64,000 nt of DNA from Justusliebigvirus VEcB. The stretch is taken from sequence record OZ035773.1; one strand, written 5' to 3'. Below are positions 1 through 8,075 of the stretch, one piece after another (the first letter of the stretch is position 1; the number at the start of each line of letters is the position of its first letter). A program made the translations under genes and the position numbers. Below the pieces are notes generated by a model, which ran no database searches, had not been told where the DNA came from, and saw only the letters and a list, made by a program, of their open reading frames with translations.

Positions 1-59
1 CAAGTTCAGTAAAACTGCAATCCGTGCCGCTATGGTTGGAATGTAAAGGAGACATAAAA

Positions 60-140
60 ATGAAACATCGTTCGACCTATCTGACAAAACGTTTTAGCTT
101 AGATCATAAATTAGGCTATTACGGAAGAAATAGAAAATAA
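60..140 (+). CDS. small hypothetical protein (26 aa)
   Basis: ATG at 60 preceded by AAGGAG (46-51); below track size cutoff. Confidence 0.25.
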   Translation: MKHRSTYLTKRFSLDHKLGYYGRNRK

Positions 141-141
141 T

Positions 142-169
142 TTGACAACGTTTAAAATTAGTGTAAGAT
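142..169 (+). promoter_or_regulatory. sigma70-like promoter (TTGACA 142-147, TAAGAT 164-169)
   Basis: near-consensus -35, 16 nt spacer, -10-like hexamer; directly upstream of stem-loop and gene. Confidence 0.45.
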
Positions 170-180
170 GTATCACGTAG

Positions 181-201
181 GGCGGGAAATGGTTTCCCGC
201 C
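181..201 (+). promoter_or_regulatory. conserved 5' stem-loop ggcgggaaatggtttcccgcc
   Basis: perfect 9 bp stem; identical copy at 1061 and 4895, near-identical at 3369. Confidence 0.6.
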
Positions 202-223
202 AAATCAAAGAAAGGTTATCATT

Positions 224-451
224 ATGGCTATCGTTATTGTTCGCGTATCCGGTACGGTTGGGATCTCCCAGGTAGTAGCAGTTATCACCGAGAAGAAAGG
301 GGATGATCTTCACTCCTCCTTGAATAGCTGGGCGGTCGCTAACTTTGGGCAATGGTCGAGCGTTGAGTACATCGAAGCCTACCAGGTGCCAACGATTAGC
401 CTAACCGATCTAAATGTTGATCGCTTGTTGTGCCTGGATGGATTAAACTAA
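224..451 (+). CDS. hypothetical protein (75 aa)
   Basis: six-frame ORF downstream of promoter and stem-loop. Confidence 0.5.
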   Translation: MAIVIVRVSGTVGISQVVAVITEKKGDDLHSSLNSWAVANFGQWSSVEYIEAYQVPTISLTDLNVDRLLCLDGLN

Positions 452-459
452 AAATAATC

Positions 460-487
460 TTGACAAGATAACTAAAATCAGTAAAAT
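460..487 (+). promoter_or_regulatory. sigma70-like promoter (TTGACA 460-465, TAAAAT 482-487)
   Basis: consensus -35, 16 nt spacer, -10-like. Confidence 0.45.
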
Positions 488-497
488 GTAATGCATA

Positions 498-517
498 GGG
501 CGGCAATAGTGCCGCCC
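498..517 (+). promoter_or_regulatory. 5' stem-loop variant gggcggcaatagtgccgccc
   Basis: GC-rich hairpin between promoter and start codon. Confidence 0.55.
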
Positions 518-538
518 CTAGTGAGAGAGATTATCAAA

Positions 539-754
539 ATGGCTAATATCCGCACCTTGTTAAAAAATGCAAAGCAAGTTTTATTTTCAGATGACGAATA
601 TTTTAATAAAGATATTACAGGCGTGAAAAATCTTAAAGATGTGAAAGATGTGATAGGTATTCGCGGATCTTTACGTAAAGGTGACACATACGGTAACAAG
701 GTGCAATATAAATTAGATCAGTTTTATGATTTTACTTTGACAATTATTTCATAA
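539..754 (+). CDS. hypothetical protein (72 aa)
   Basis: track ORF 491..754 trimmed to in-frame ATG after the hairpin. Confidence 0.45.
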   Translation: MANIRTLLKNAKQVLFSDDEYFNKDITGVKNLKDVKDVIGIRGSLRKGDTYGNKVQYKLDQFYDFTLTIIS

Positions 755-799
755 AACTACTTGCAAACCTGGTAAAATAAAGTAAACTATATTCATTAA

Positions 800-821
800 G
801 GCGGTGGAATAGCCCACCGCC
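800..821 (+). promoter_or_regulatory. 5' stem-loop variant ggcggtggaatagcccaccgcc
   Basis: hairpin upstream of RBS and ATG at 845. Confidence 0.5.
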
Positions 822-844
822 TAACAAAGAGAAGAGGAAACATC

Positions 845-1015
845 ATGATCACTTTCGCTACCCGTGAAGCCGCTCGCAACGTTGCACGTAAAGTTAACGC
901 CGCCAACCTGGGCGCTACGCTTAAAGCCCCGGTGAAAGATGAATCAGGAAAATGGATCTTTCCTGGTCTGCGTCACGCTGATAAGCTGGGAACATTAACG
1001 TTAAAAAATAAATAA
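845..1015 (+). CDS. small hypothetical protein (56 aa), GC-rich codon usage
   Basis: ATG with GAGGAA RBS; absent from track (<60 aa); codons CTG/CGT/GCC atypical for this genome. Confidence 0.4.
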   Translation: MITFATREAARNVARKVNAANLGATLKAPVKDESGKWIFPGLRHADKLGTLTLKNK

Positions 1016-1060
1016 TATTCGCTTGACAGTAGCATCATTTATAAGTAAAGTAACAACAAC

Positions 1061-1081
1061 GGCGGGAAATGGTTTCCCGCC
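1061..1081 (+). promoter_or_regulatory. conserved 5' stem-loop ggcgggaaatggtttcccgcc
   Basis: identical to 181-201; TTGACA at 1023-1028 upstream. Confidence 0.6.
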
Positions 1082-1101
1082 ATCAATAAAGAGATAAGAT
1101 T

Positions 1102-1461
1102 ATGAAATCAGTAAAAGCAATTAAAACTTACATTGTGTCGGCTATTTCTTTTGATGGTACTACAACCGAAAAAGAAAAAATCACCGAACTGATGCGCCGT
1201 TTTAACTCTGAATACTGGTATCAATCTAATCGTGATCGTTATAATAACAATATGGTACAAGCTGTTAAAAGCTGGTTACAAGGTTTACCGTCAGACATCA
1301 ATATCGCTTTTAATTATAACGAGATCGATCAATTATTAATTGAATGGAAGTACATAAAAGAAACAAGCAAAGAAACAACCGTTACCCGTGAGCGGGAAAA
1401 TTATTGGTTATATATTGCAAGCATGATCGTAACTTTGGCAAAATATCATAACGTAGCGTAA
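1102..1461 (+). CDS. hypothetical protein (119 aa)
   Basis: six-frame ORF after promoter and stem-loop. Confidence 0.5.
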   Translation: MKSVKAIKTYIVSAISFDGTTTEKEKITELMRRFNSEYWYQSNRDRYNNNMVQAVKSWLQGLPSDINIAFNYNEIDQLLIEWKYIKETSKETTVTRERENYWLYIASMIVTLAKYHNVA

Positions 1462-1475
1462 TCGAGAGGAAAAAC

Positions 1476-1613
1476 ATGAACGCATCACAGCAGATCGAAA
1501 AATTCAACCGCAACAAAGCGCGTAAAGATTGGAACGAAGAGATCACCAAAAAAGGCGACAAGCGGAACAAAACAAAAAGAGATCGCAGCACAAAAAGATA
1601 CTGGAACGAATAA
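1476..1613 (+). CDS. small basic hypothetical protein (45 aa)
   Basis: ATG with GAGAGGA RBS; followed by terminator hairpin. Confidence 0.35.
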   Translation: MNASQQIEKFNRNKARKDWNEEITKKGDKRNKTKRDRSTKRYWNE

Positions 1614-1614
1614 C

Positions 1615-1642
1615 AAAAAAGGGCGCAATAAGCGCCCTTTTA
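1615..1642 (+). terminator. rho-independent terminator
   Basis: gggcgc-aataa-gcgccc hairpin followed by T run. Confidence 0.55.
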
Positions 1643-1731
1643 GCTTATATAGAGGCTTGTTACCCATAGGCAATGGTAACGCCAGGATAAGCCTATAAAC
1701 CACGTTAGACAGCTTTACAGGAGCTTTAAAA

Positions 1732-1914
1732 ATGAAATTAGAAGAAATAAGCAAGGCACTAGCCCAGGGGCAAAGGTTAAACGCCCGTTATCGTGATCAA
1801 TATGGCTTCATAACCAGCGGCGTGATCCTGGGGATTGAAGGCAATAAGATTTTTATTGACACGTTGAAAAACGTTGTATATAGTGACAATATAATCTCAA
1901 TAAAACATATATGA
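1732..1914 (+). CDS. hypothetical protein (60 aa)
   Basis: six-frame ORF, AGGAG upstream. Confidence 0.45.
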   Translation: MKLEEISKALAQGQRLNARYRDQYGFITSGVILGIEGNKIFIDTLKNVVYSDNIISIKHI

Positions 1915-2324
1915 GGCAAGAAATGAAAAAATTATTGATCGCTGGTTTAATCTCTTTTGGCATGGTTGGAACATCTAGCGCGGCGATATCCTCCACAGTA
2001 GCAGAATTAAGCGCCGTTGATGCAATGGAAAACGTCATGATCATTAATAATGCGATCCCCGATGAAATCATGGAGGATTCACACATGATCGCTTATGGTG
2101 CTGTTACACAACTAACGGCAAAAATAGATAAATCTATTGTTAATGGCTTAAATGAAGATGTACCATGTGAAATTATTACCAGTGTGCTGACTACTCAAAA
2201 TTTTACGCCGTGGCTAAAAAGTATTCAAAAGGTGCATAGTGCAGCCGCAGATCGTAGCAATGAAAAACTAGTGTCAGCACTTGCAACGTATACCCTGGCA
2301 AAATGCACTGAAATAAAAGATTGA
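1911..2324 (+). CDS. hypothetical secreted protein (signal-peptide-like N-terminus; alternative start 1923)
   Basis: KKLLIAGLISFGMVGTSSAA hydrophobic leader. Confidence 0.5.
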   Translation: MRQEMKKLLIAGLISFGMVGTSSAAISSTVAELSAVDAMENVMIINNAIPDEIMEDSHMIAYGAVTQLTAKIDKSIVNGLNEDVPCEIITSVLTTQNFTPWLKSIQKVHSAAADRSNEKLVSALATYTLAKCTEIKD

Positions 2325-2371
2325 CAACATAGAAAGCACGTTATAAGATACACACAACAAAGGAGAACTAC

Positions 2372-2674
2372 ATGAACGGCATAGCTAAAACGTTTTTTCT
2401 TTTTTCTGGTGTAAATGATCCATCAATAAAAGTCGATAGTGTAAAAGAAAACAATACTATCACCGCTAAATTGTTTCAAGATGAAACAAATAACGTGCTA
2501 ATCATTAATCTTAAAGAAATAACTAAAGGTTATTATACTATTGCTTACCATGCGATCTATCATGCTGGTACTAGCGAGGAAGTGCAAACAAGCAACAACG
2601 AAAGCGCGGCGCTACCTGGTGATCTGGTGCTGGGCGTTATCAGTTTAATTGTCAATGATTTTTTTAAGGAGTAA
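2372..2674 (+). CDS. hypothetical protein (100 aa)
   Basis: six-frame ORF with AAGGAG upstream; TTGACA at 2326. Confidence 0.5.
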   Translation: MNGIAKTFFLFSGVNDPSIKVDSVKENNTITAKLFQDETNNVLIINLKEITKGYYTIAYHAIYHAGTSEEVQTSNNESAALPGDLVLGVISLIVNDFFKE

Positions 2675-2678
2675 AACC

Positions 2679-2774
2679 ATGCCCTATTTACATTTATTTT
2701 TCGGGATCTTATTGTCAGGATCTTTTTTCTTCTGTATACTTGTTTCTATTGTAAACCACGTTTTAAGACATTAA
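2679..2774 (+). CDS. small hydrophobic peptide (31 aa)
   Basis: AAGGAG 7 nt upstream of ATG; single predicted TM helix; not in track. Confidence 0.3.
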   Translation: MPYLHLFFGILLSGSFFFCILVSIVNHVLRH

Positions 2775-2783
2775 GGAAACAGC

Positions 2784-2903
2784 ATGAAAATTATTCCCGT
2801 ACAATATAGCGTAATAAATCCAGCATACGAGGAAGGAAGGAAAACAAGCATGGCTTTATGTTATATTGCTACTATAGCCATGTTGTTATATATTGTGTTT
2901 TAA
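2784..2903 (+). CDS. small hydrophobic peptide (39 aa)
   Basis: AAGGAAAC RBS; hydrophobic C-terminus; not in track. Confidence 0.3.
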   Translation: MKIIPVQYSVINPAYEEGRKTSMALCYIATIAMLLYIVF

Positions 2904-3003
2904 TAGGTTTTATAGTTGTACGCTTTAAAGGCTTGACAATTTTTTGTTATGCTTTAAACTATATCTTGAAAACGGCAAAGGCCGCAAACAAAAGGGTAAA
3001 ATT

Positions 3004-3327
3004 ATGAAATCTGTGATCGGTGTTTATTTGGATAACTCTGATTTTTTCTATCATCGCGCTCGTTTCCTTGATGCGATTGAAATGATAGAATCAGGCTTTA
3101 AAGAGTATCGCCTTGCACATGATGACCTAGAAGCATTACAGGGCAATAGTGTTTTTACATTGCAAGCGAAAGCACTATGCAAAAGCCGGATCGACATTGC
3201 GAGCAAAAAGATAGAACGCGGCATGTCCTGGTTACGCACCGCAGAAATCAACATGGGGCAATGGTACGGCGAAAACTTAGAAAATAAACTCACTTTTGTA
3301 AATGTAGAAAATATTAAAGATTATTGA
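3004..3327 (+). CDS. hypothetical protein (107 aa)
   Basis: track ORF 2944..3327 trimmed to internal ATG because TTGACA 2933-2938 lies inside the longer ORF. Confidence 0.45.
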   Translation: MKSVIGVYLDNSDFFYHRARFLDAIEMIESGFKEYRLAHDDLEALQGNSVFTLQAKALCKSRIDIASKKIERGMSWLRTAEINMGQWYGENLENKLTFVNVENIKDY

Positions 3328-3356
3328 TTGACAGCACACCTGATAAGGAGTATATT
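3328..3356 (+). promoter_or_regulatory. sigma70-like promoter (TTGACA 3328-3333, TATATT 3351-3356)
   Basis: 17 nt spacer. Confidence 0.5.
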
Positions 3357-3368
3357 GTATCTCATAGA

Positions 3369-3389
3369 GCGGGGAAATGGTTTCCCCGC
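3369..3389 (+). promoter_or_regulatory. conserved 5' stem-loop gcggggaaatggtttccccgc
   Basis: one-base variant of the 181 element. Confidence 0.6.
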
Positions 3390-3409
3390 CTTAACAGAAG
3401 AGATAAGAT

Positions 3410-3694
3410 ATGAAGATCACAAAAGCACTTTCCAACTATGCAGCACGTCGCGGATTATGCTTATCCGTTGAAAACTTAGGGAAAGAAGATTTTTTGTGCT
3501 TTTGGGAGCTTGAGAATGATAATGAGTGGATCTTCTCTTATTCTATCTGCGAAGATCAAAACGGTTGTTTATTAACCTGGCGCGGTAATATCTATCTACC
3601 GGAAGAAATCAAAGAAGAATTGCCAGGCACGATCATGACTGAGAAACAGCTTAAGGAAGTGATTAATTTTGTAGGGCAAAACATTAAAAAATAA
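3410..3694 (+). CDS. hypothetical protein (94 aa)
   Basis: six-frame ORF after promoter and stem-loop. Confidence 0.5.
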   Translation: MKITKALSNYAARRGLCLSVENLGKEDFLCFWELENDNEWIFSYSICEDQNGCLLTWRGNIYLPEEIKEELPGTIMTEKQLKEVINFVGQNIKK

Positions 3695-3734
3695 TTTGAC
3701 ACTAGGCAAACAACGTAGTAAAGTTTATCACATA

Positions 3735-3753
3735 GGGCGGCAATAGTGCCGCT
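3735..3753 (+). promoter_or_regulatory. 5' stem-loop variant gggcggcaatagtgccgc
   Basis: same loop as 498 element; TTGACA at 3698. Confidence 0.5.
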
Positions 3754-3775
3754 CATAACAGAAGAGAAACAAATC

Positions 3776-3946
3776 ATGATCCCAACTATGTTTTATGTAT
3801 CGCGCAAAGGTCACAATATTTTTTGGTCTGAAGATTTAAATGAAGCCATGACGTTTGCCCGTGATCGTGTTGCTATTGGTGGCGTTAATATCACCGTAAC
3901 CGATGAAAACGGCATTGAATACTATAACGGCGACGATGAAGAGTAA
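3776..3946 (+). CDS. hypothetical protein (56 aa)
   Basis: track ORF 3746..3946 trimmed to ATG downstream of hairpin. Confidence 0.4.
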   Translation: MIPTMFYVSRKGHNIFWSEDLNEAMTFARDRVAIGGVNITVTDENGIEYYNGDDEE

Positions 3947-3953
3947 TTAATGA

Positions 3954-3974
3954 GGCGGGGGAGTATTCCCCGCC
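3954..3974 (+). promoter_or_regulatory. 5' stem-loop variant ggcggggg-agtatt-ccccgcc
   Basis: GC hairpin immediately upstream of next gene. Confidence 0.45.
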
Positions 3975-3993
3975 GTCAATAAAGAGGTAAATC

Positions 3994-4263
3994 ATGAAAA
4001 TATCTTTGGACGTTGCAATCAAGGCCATCGAATCCGGTTACACCCTGGTAAAAGATGATAAGGCTAAAATAGTGCATCATGTTAACAAGGAAACAGGCGA
4101 AAGCATGATCACATATAAAGCCGCCTACTTTCTCCAATCAGTAGCAGATCCGCGCGTACAGCGCCAGGTCACGGCGGCTATTGCTAAAAAATTATGTGCT
4201 TTACAGGGCACAAGTTTTAACGAGATCGCCCCGTGTTTTGACTGGTCGAGCTTGAAAAAATAG
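3994..4263 (+). CDS. hypothetical protein (89 aa)
   Basis: six-frame ORF. Confidence 0.5.
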   Translation: MKISLDVAIKAIESGYTLVKDDKAKIVHHVNKETGESMITYKAAYFLQSVADPRVQRQVTAAIAKKLCALQGTSFNEIAPCFDWSSLKK

Positions 4264-4302
4264 TTTGATAATACGCGGTTATCTGGTAAAGTGTACGACA
4301 TA

Positions 4303-4326
4303 GGGCGGGGCAATAAGGCAACGCCC
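4303..4326 (+). promoter_or_regulatory. 5' stem-loop variant
   Basis: gggcg...cgccc hairpin upstream of ATG 4346. Confidence 0.4.
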
Positions 4327-4345
4327 ATTAATGAGGGGTAGAATC

Positions 4346-4450
4346 ATGTTAGAGAAAATTTTCACGGTTGTAATAGTGGGCCTGGCGTTATCGGTTGGAT
4401 TGGTTGCAACTATGGCTAACATGATCCTATCTTCCCACGGTATCGGCTAA
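4346..4450 (+). CDS. small hydrophobic peptide (34 aa)
   Basis: ATG after hairpin; TM-like VVIVGLALSVGLVA; not in track. Confidence 0.3.
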   Translation: MLEKIFTVVIVGLALSVGLVATMANMILSSHGIG

Positions 4451-4464
4451 AAGAGAAACACAAC

Positions 4465-4851
4465 ATGAAAACAGAAATCATTATTGAAATCATCAACGGT
4501 TATAAAGAAGCCTTTATTTTTGCCGAACCAGCGACGGATCACAATGGGGAATATATTGAGAATCTAGACGATTATGATTTTTCTCCTAGCGCCCTGAAAC
4601 GTATTACCAGCGATGTGACCGCCTTTTGTGATGCCAATGATGCCGCTATCTCTGAGGCAATGAGCGACGGCGCTACAGCAAACCAGATCGGGAATGATTT
4701 ACATTTTACCAGTAACGGTCACGGCGTAGGTTTTTGGGATCGCCCTGAAATATACACTACTAACACCGCCAACCGTTTAACTGATGCAGCTAAATTAATG
4801 CCATTGGTGCATGCTTACATTGGTGAAGATAATTTGATTTATATTGACTAA
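4465..4851 (+). CDS. hypothetical protein (128 aa)
   Basis: six-frame ORF. Confidence 0.5.
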   Translation: MKTEIIIEIINGYKEAFIFAEPATDHNGEYIENLDDYDFSPSALKRITSDVTAFCDANDAAISEAMSDGATANQIGNDLHFTSNGHGVGFWDRPEIYTTNTANRLTDAAKLMPLVHAYIGEDNLIYID

Positions 4852-4856
4852 AAGTG

Positions 4857-4884
4857 TTGACACCGATCCCCAATATGTTATTAT
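4857..4884 (+). promoter_or_regulatory. sigma70-like promoter (TTGACA 4857-4862, TATTAT 4879-4884)
   Basis: 16 nt spacer. Confidence 0.5.
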
Positions 4885-4894
4885 TTACCACGTA

Positions 4895-4915
4895 GGCGGG
4901 AAATGGTTTCCCGCC
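4895..4915 (+). promoter_or_regulatory. conserved 5' stem-loop ggcgggaaatggtttcccgcc
   Basis: identical to 181 and 1061 copies. Confidence 0.6.
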
Positions 4916-4938
4916 AGGTAATCAAAAAGGTAAATACT

Positions 4939-5328
4939 ATGCGCAACCTGGTTTCTGTTTCTAACGTTGAAAAATTTCAATCCTTACAGGGTATCGTTAA
5001 CAACGTAGCGCCTTTTTTAGTAAACGGCTTGATCGCAAAGATGAAAAATAAACATCATGCGGCATGGTCTGCTTACTGCTTTGATAATGATGAAAAAGCG
5101 GCTGAAATGATGTTAGATATGCTGTTAGATAGTGTAGAAACATCTTTACCGGAAAACATCGCAGAAGAGATCACCTATCGTTATAATATGGCGATCACTT
5201 ACCAGGAGGTTGCGCAATTCAACATGATGGATGATGACGAACAACAGGATCAGGAAATGTTCTGGGAGTATGCGGATCGTCAATCAGCTTTTGATGAAAA
5301 ATTAGCGATGTATTATAACGAATATTAA
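4939..5328 (+). CDS. hypothetical protein (129 aa)
   Basis: track ORF 4903..5328 trimmed to ATG after hairpin. Confidence 0.5.
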   Translation: MRNLVSVSNVEKFQSLQGIVNNVAPFLVNGLIAKMKNKHHAAWSAYCFDNDEKAAEMMLDMLLDSVETSLPENIAEEITYRYNMAITYQEVAQFNMMDDDEQQDQEMFWEYADRQSAFDEKLAMYYNEY

Positions 5329-5345
5329 TACACGGTAAAAGAAAG

Positions 5346-5368
5346 GGGCGCACTAAGCGCCCTTTTTT
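5346..5368 (+). terminator. rho-independent terminator
   Basis: gggcgc-actaa-gcgccc followed by TTTTTT. Confidence 0.6.
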
Positions 5369-5515
5369 GTATTCTTTTTCACAATGGAAGCGACACGTAA
5401 AGAATAGGCGTAAAGGTGGCGTAAAACCATCTAAAACCGACTGTAACCGCTTAAACAAGGTAGGAATGATTAATCACCTTACCAGGATGAAAAAGCTGTT
5501 ATAAAGCTATCTAGG

Positions 5516-5812
5516 GTGTTTAAAGGTGACTTGGTTGAAGTTAGAACAACCGAAGGTTATAGCGACGATTATAAATGCGAGATTCATTTACACAACTGGT
5601 ACACGGGTAAAACTTATGCGCTGAATCATGCGTTTATCGGCAAGGTTGAATATAGAGAAATGATCGACGAAGAAACCGGGCAAGATTTTAGCGATCATGT
5701 TTATATTCGTTCAGAAACATTAGCCGAACGTTTGATCGAGAAAATGAAAGCAAAAAATAAAATTAATTTAGCTCATTGGATTGATATAACAAACGATCCA
5801 GCTTATAAGTAA
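5516..5812 (+). CDS. hypothetical protein (98 aa, GTG start per track)
   Basis: six-frame ORF; weak RBS. Confidence 0.4.
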   Translation: MFKGDLVEVRTTEGYSDDYKCEIHLHNWYTGKTYALNHAFIGKVEYREMIDEETGQDFSDHVYIRSETLAERLIEKMKAKNKINLAHWIDITNDPAYK

Positions 5813-5827
5813 ATAACATTTCATACC

Positions 5828-5852
5828 AGGGCGCTTATTGCGCCCTTTCTTT
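5828..5852 (+). terminator. rho-independent terminator
   Basis: agggcgc-ttattg-gcgccct followed by T-rich run. Confidence 0.55.
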
Positions 5853-6059
5853 TTACCTAAATAAAGATGATAGCTTTTACCTATCAAAAACGTTCACCGA
5901 AAAAAGTGAATAGATCGCGGTATCGAGCTAATCAAGGAGCAGATGAACAACCATACCATGAAGATCATAAGGCGTTTACAGCGTGTTTTAGACCGTTTAT
6001 TTTTAATTTCTTCATGCAACTATAGGACAAAAACAGTCTTTTTCTTGTCTTTCCTCTTA

Positions 6060-6076
6060 AATGATAATCATTCTTA
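6060..6076. repeat. palindromic repeat aatgataatcattctta (Fur-box-like)
   Basis: exact second copy at 6118-6134; related copies at 7042 and 7224. Confidence 0.6.
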
Positions 6077-6117
6077 TTTATAGCTGATTATTTATGCAAT
6101 AAACTGCATAATGCAAT

Positions 6118-6134
6118 AATGATAATCATTCTTA
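6118..6134. repeat. palindromic repeat aatgataatcattctta (Fur-box-like)
   Basis: exact copy of 6060-6076. Confidence 0.6.
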
Positions 6135-6524
6135 ACTTAAGACCATCTAACTTATAAAATAATAAGTTATCTAACTAAATTAAAGCTAATTATCTTACTT
6201 TTATTTATAACATACTGTTACTATCTTATTGATAACCTTATATTAAACAACAATAATCAATGTAAATCATTACTAAGCTAACTATAATCTATCTAACCAT
6301 TAAAACTATAACTATAATCTATCGAATTGTTGCACAAAGTAACTATTAAATTGTTAGTAACATTACTAAATAATTCACATCTTATCTATTTATGATCTAA
6401 TCTTTACCTCCCTATTTATTACCTAAATAACCATTTCATGTAGTAATCATTTCATACAATAACTATAACAAGAAATATAATTCGCAAGCGTATCATTAGC
6501 AGCCTATGCCGGACACATAGGCGG

Positions 6525-6670
6525 CTAATAATAACGCAACTACACCCCCCCACATAATAACTATCGCCGATAGTTATTATTTGTGTTTATGTAGCTTGCA
6601 ACAATTGCAAGCGCAACAATATACATGGTATATTGTATTCCCTTACATTGTTGCGGTGCGTTATTATTAG
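6525..6670. repeat. inverted-repeat-bounded palindrome cluster
   Basis: ctaataataacgcaac (6525-6540) matches reverse complement within gttgcggtgcgttattattag (6650-6670); internal palindromes at 6551-6581, 6596-6610, 6617-6635. Confidence 0.5.
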
Positions 6671-6733
6671 CTAATGTTTAGAACATTGGCTATAATATAA
6701 GCTGCATATAATAAGCTATACAATAATAAACAT

Positions 6734-6769
6734 AATGAATAATGACACTGAAATGAATAATGACACTGA
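6734..6769. repeat. perfect 18 bp tandem duplication aatgaataatgacactga x2
   Basis: read directly from sequence. Confidence 0.8.
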
Positions 6770-6909
6770 TGATCATAATGCGCCACCCTCCAGGGGCGCT
6801 ATGTGAACACAAAGAAATCTTTCTTGTCAAGAAAAATATCATCATTATTGCGCAAAATTATTTACATCTGAATAGATGATTTTTCATACTATTGCCCCCA
6901 TATAACTTA

Positions 6910-6968
6910 CTATTTGTTGCAATGTATTCCCCTATTTGTTGAGCATAGTTATAGCCTATTTGTTGAGC
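6910..6968. repeat. three direct copies of ctatttgttg(agc)
   Basis: copies at 6910, 6932, 6956. Confidence 0.65.
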
Positions 6969-7041
6969 CTACTTTCTTAAAAGCGCAATAAATCAGAATT
7001 ATCTTGATTTTTAGGTAGTTTTATAGTATAGAAAATATGCA

Positions 7042-7057
7042 AATGATAATCATTATC
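7042..7057. repeat. palindrome aatgataatcattatc (17/19 match to Fur-box consensus)
   Basis: compared by eye with GATAATGATAATCATTATC. Confidence 0.5.
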
Positions 7058-7261
7058 AGCTATCTTCCACGGGTGGCACTATTTCACACCAGATCATTTC
7101 ATTTGGCAAGGTGTAGATAGATGTTTAGACTTGCCAAGTTATTGATTTACTTAGAATTTATCTGTTTTGTTGTAAGTAGAGCCTTTTTTGCTCAGAAAAT
7201 AATCAAAAGTCTTATAAGTCATTGAATGATAATGCAAATGATAATTATTCTCATTGATATT

Positions 7262-7486
7262 TGAGGGGGACGGTCGGGAAAAATCGGGGGGCGCTGAAAA
7301 TCGCGTTAAGCACCTCTCGCAAGCGAGCAGTATTTTGCGGCAAGTTATTGATATTATTGACTTTACGCTTATGAAAAGGGGGTGTGTCGAAATAAATCGG
7401 GTATACCGGAAAATTTTTGTGGCATAGATATTTATTTGTCTATATTATGTACAAAGGGGTGTGTTAAAAATATTAGGTATATATAG
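7262..7486. repeat. three imperfect ~30 bp iteron-like direct repeats
   Basis: gggg-tgtgtcg-aaataaatcgggtata-like units at 7262-7296, 7375-7405, 7454-7484. Confidence 0.5.
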
Positions 7487-7627
7487 AATAATTGATAGGG
7501 AAATCCTATACTAATTCCTCCATTAATGATGTTTCTATGTTGCTGTTCTTGTAATAGATGAAAAGACGCTGTATGATGTGTGGCATGAAACGTAATCCTA
7601 CAACGTAATCTTATAAAGGAGTCTGAT

Positions 7628-7993
7628 ATGTGTGTTCCTCTTAGCAGTCCACTGCTGTTAGAATTTTACAAAGCATGGATGGAAGATCATTCCTCAATGC
7701 ATCGTGAGAATGTTGGTTTGTGTAATTGCCTTATGGATTACCTGGCAACCACTATGTCAAAGAAAAAACCTACGGAAGAAGATATAGAACATTTCAAGAT
7801 GGTTCGTAGCAAAACGCTGGAAGAGATGAAACTGCAATTCACGTGTGCTGGGCTATCCTCCTTCCTACCCTTTAATTATGATCTTCTGTGTTATGAAGAT
7901 GAAGGTAAGACACATTCTTGCCATACCAACCCAAAGAGATTGCAGTGGGTGAAAGACAGAATCGAAGATGCAAATAATGCTTGCATTGAATAA
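7628..7993 (+). CDS. hypothetical protein, paralog family A (copy 1)
   Basis: shares L-FY-W...GLC-CL-D-L...PFN...QWV-DRI motif with 9690 and 10968 ORFs. Confidence 0.55.
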   Translation: MCVPLSSPLLLEFYKAWMEDHSSMHRENVGLCNCLMDYLATTMSKKKPTEEDIEHFKMVRSKTLEEMKLQFTCAGLSSFLPFNYDLLCYEDEGKTHSCHTNPKRLQWVKDRIEDANNACIE

Positions 7994-8075
7994 AAATGTC
8001 TGTATAGTGGTTTGCATACCGCGCACGACGCGTTTCCATTTTCAATAAAATGTTAGCATTATGGGGAGGTAGAAA

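Noticed and set aside
3746-3775. Longer N-terminal extensions for ORFs at 3746, 4903, 491 and 2944
   Set aside because: The extensions would begin inside the conserved promoter or stem-loop elements; downstream in-frame ATGs with RBS-like sequences were preferred.
7042-7057. Confident call of a functional Fur-regulated promoter
   Set aside because: The Fur-box consensus is an AT-rich palindrome and the genome is AT-rich; similarity is noted in findings but function is not asserted without binding data.
5830-7627. Possible CRISPR array, given the many direct repeats
   Set aside because: Repeats belong to several unrelated families with irregular spacing and no constant repeat/spacer periodicity; no cas genes in the window.
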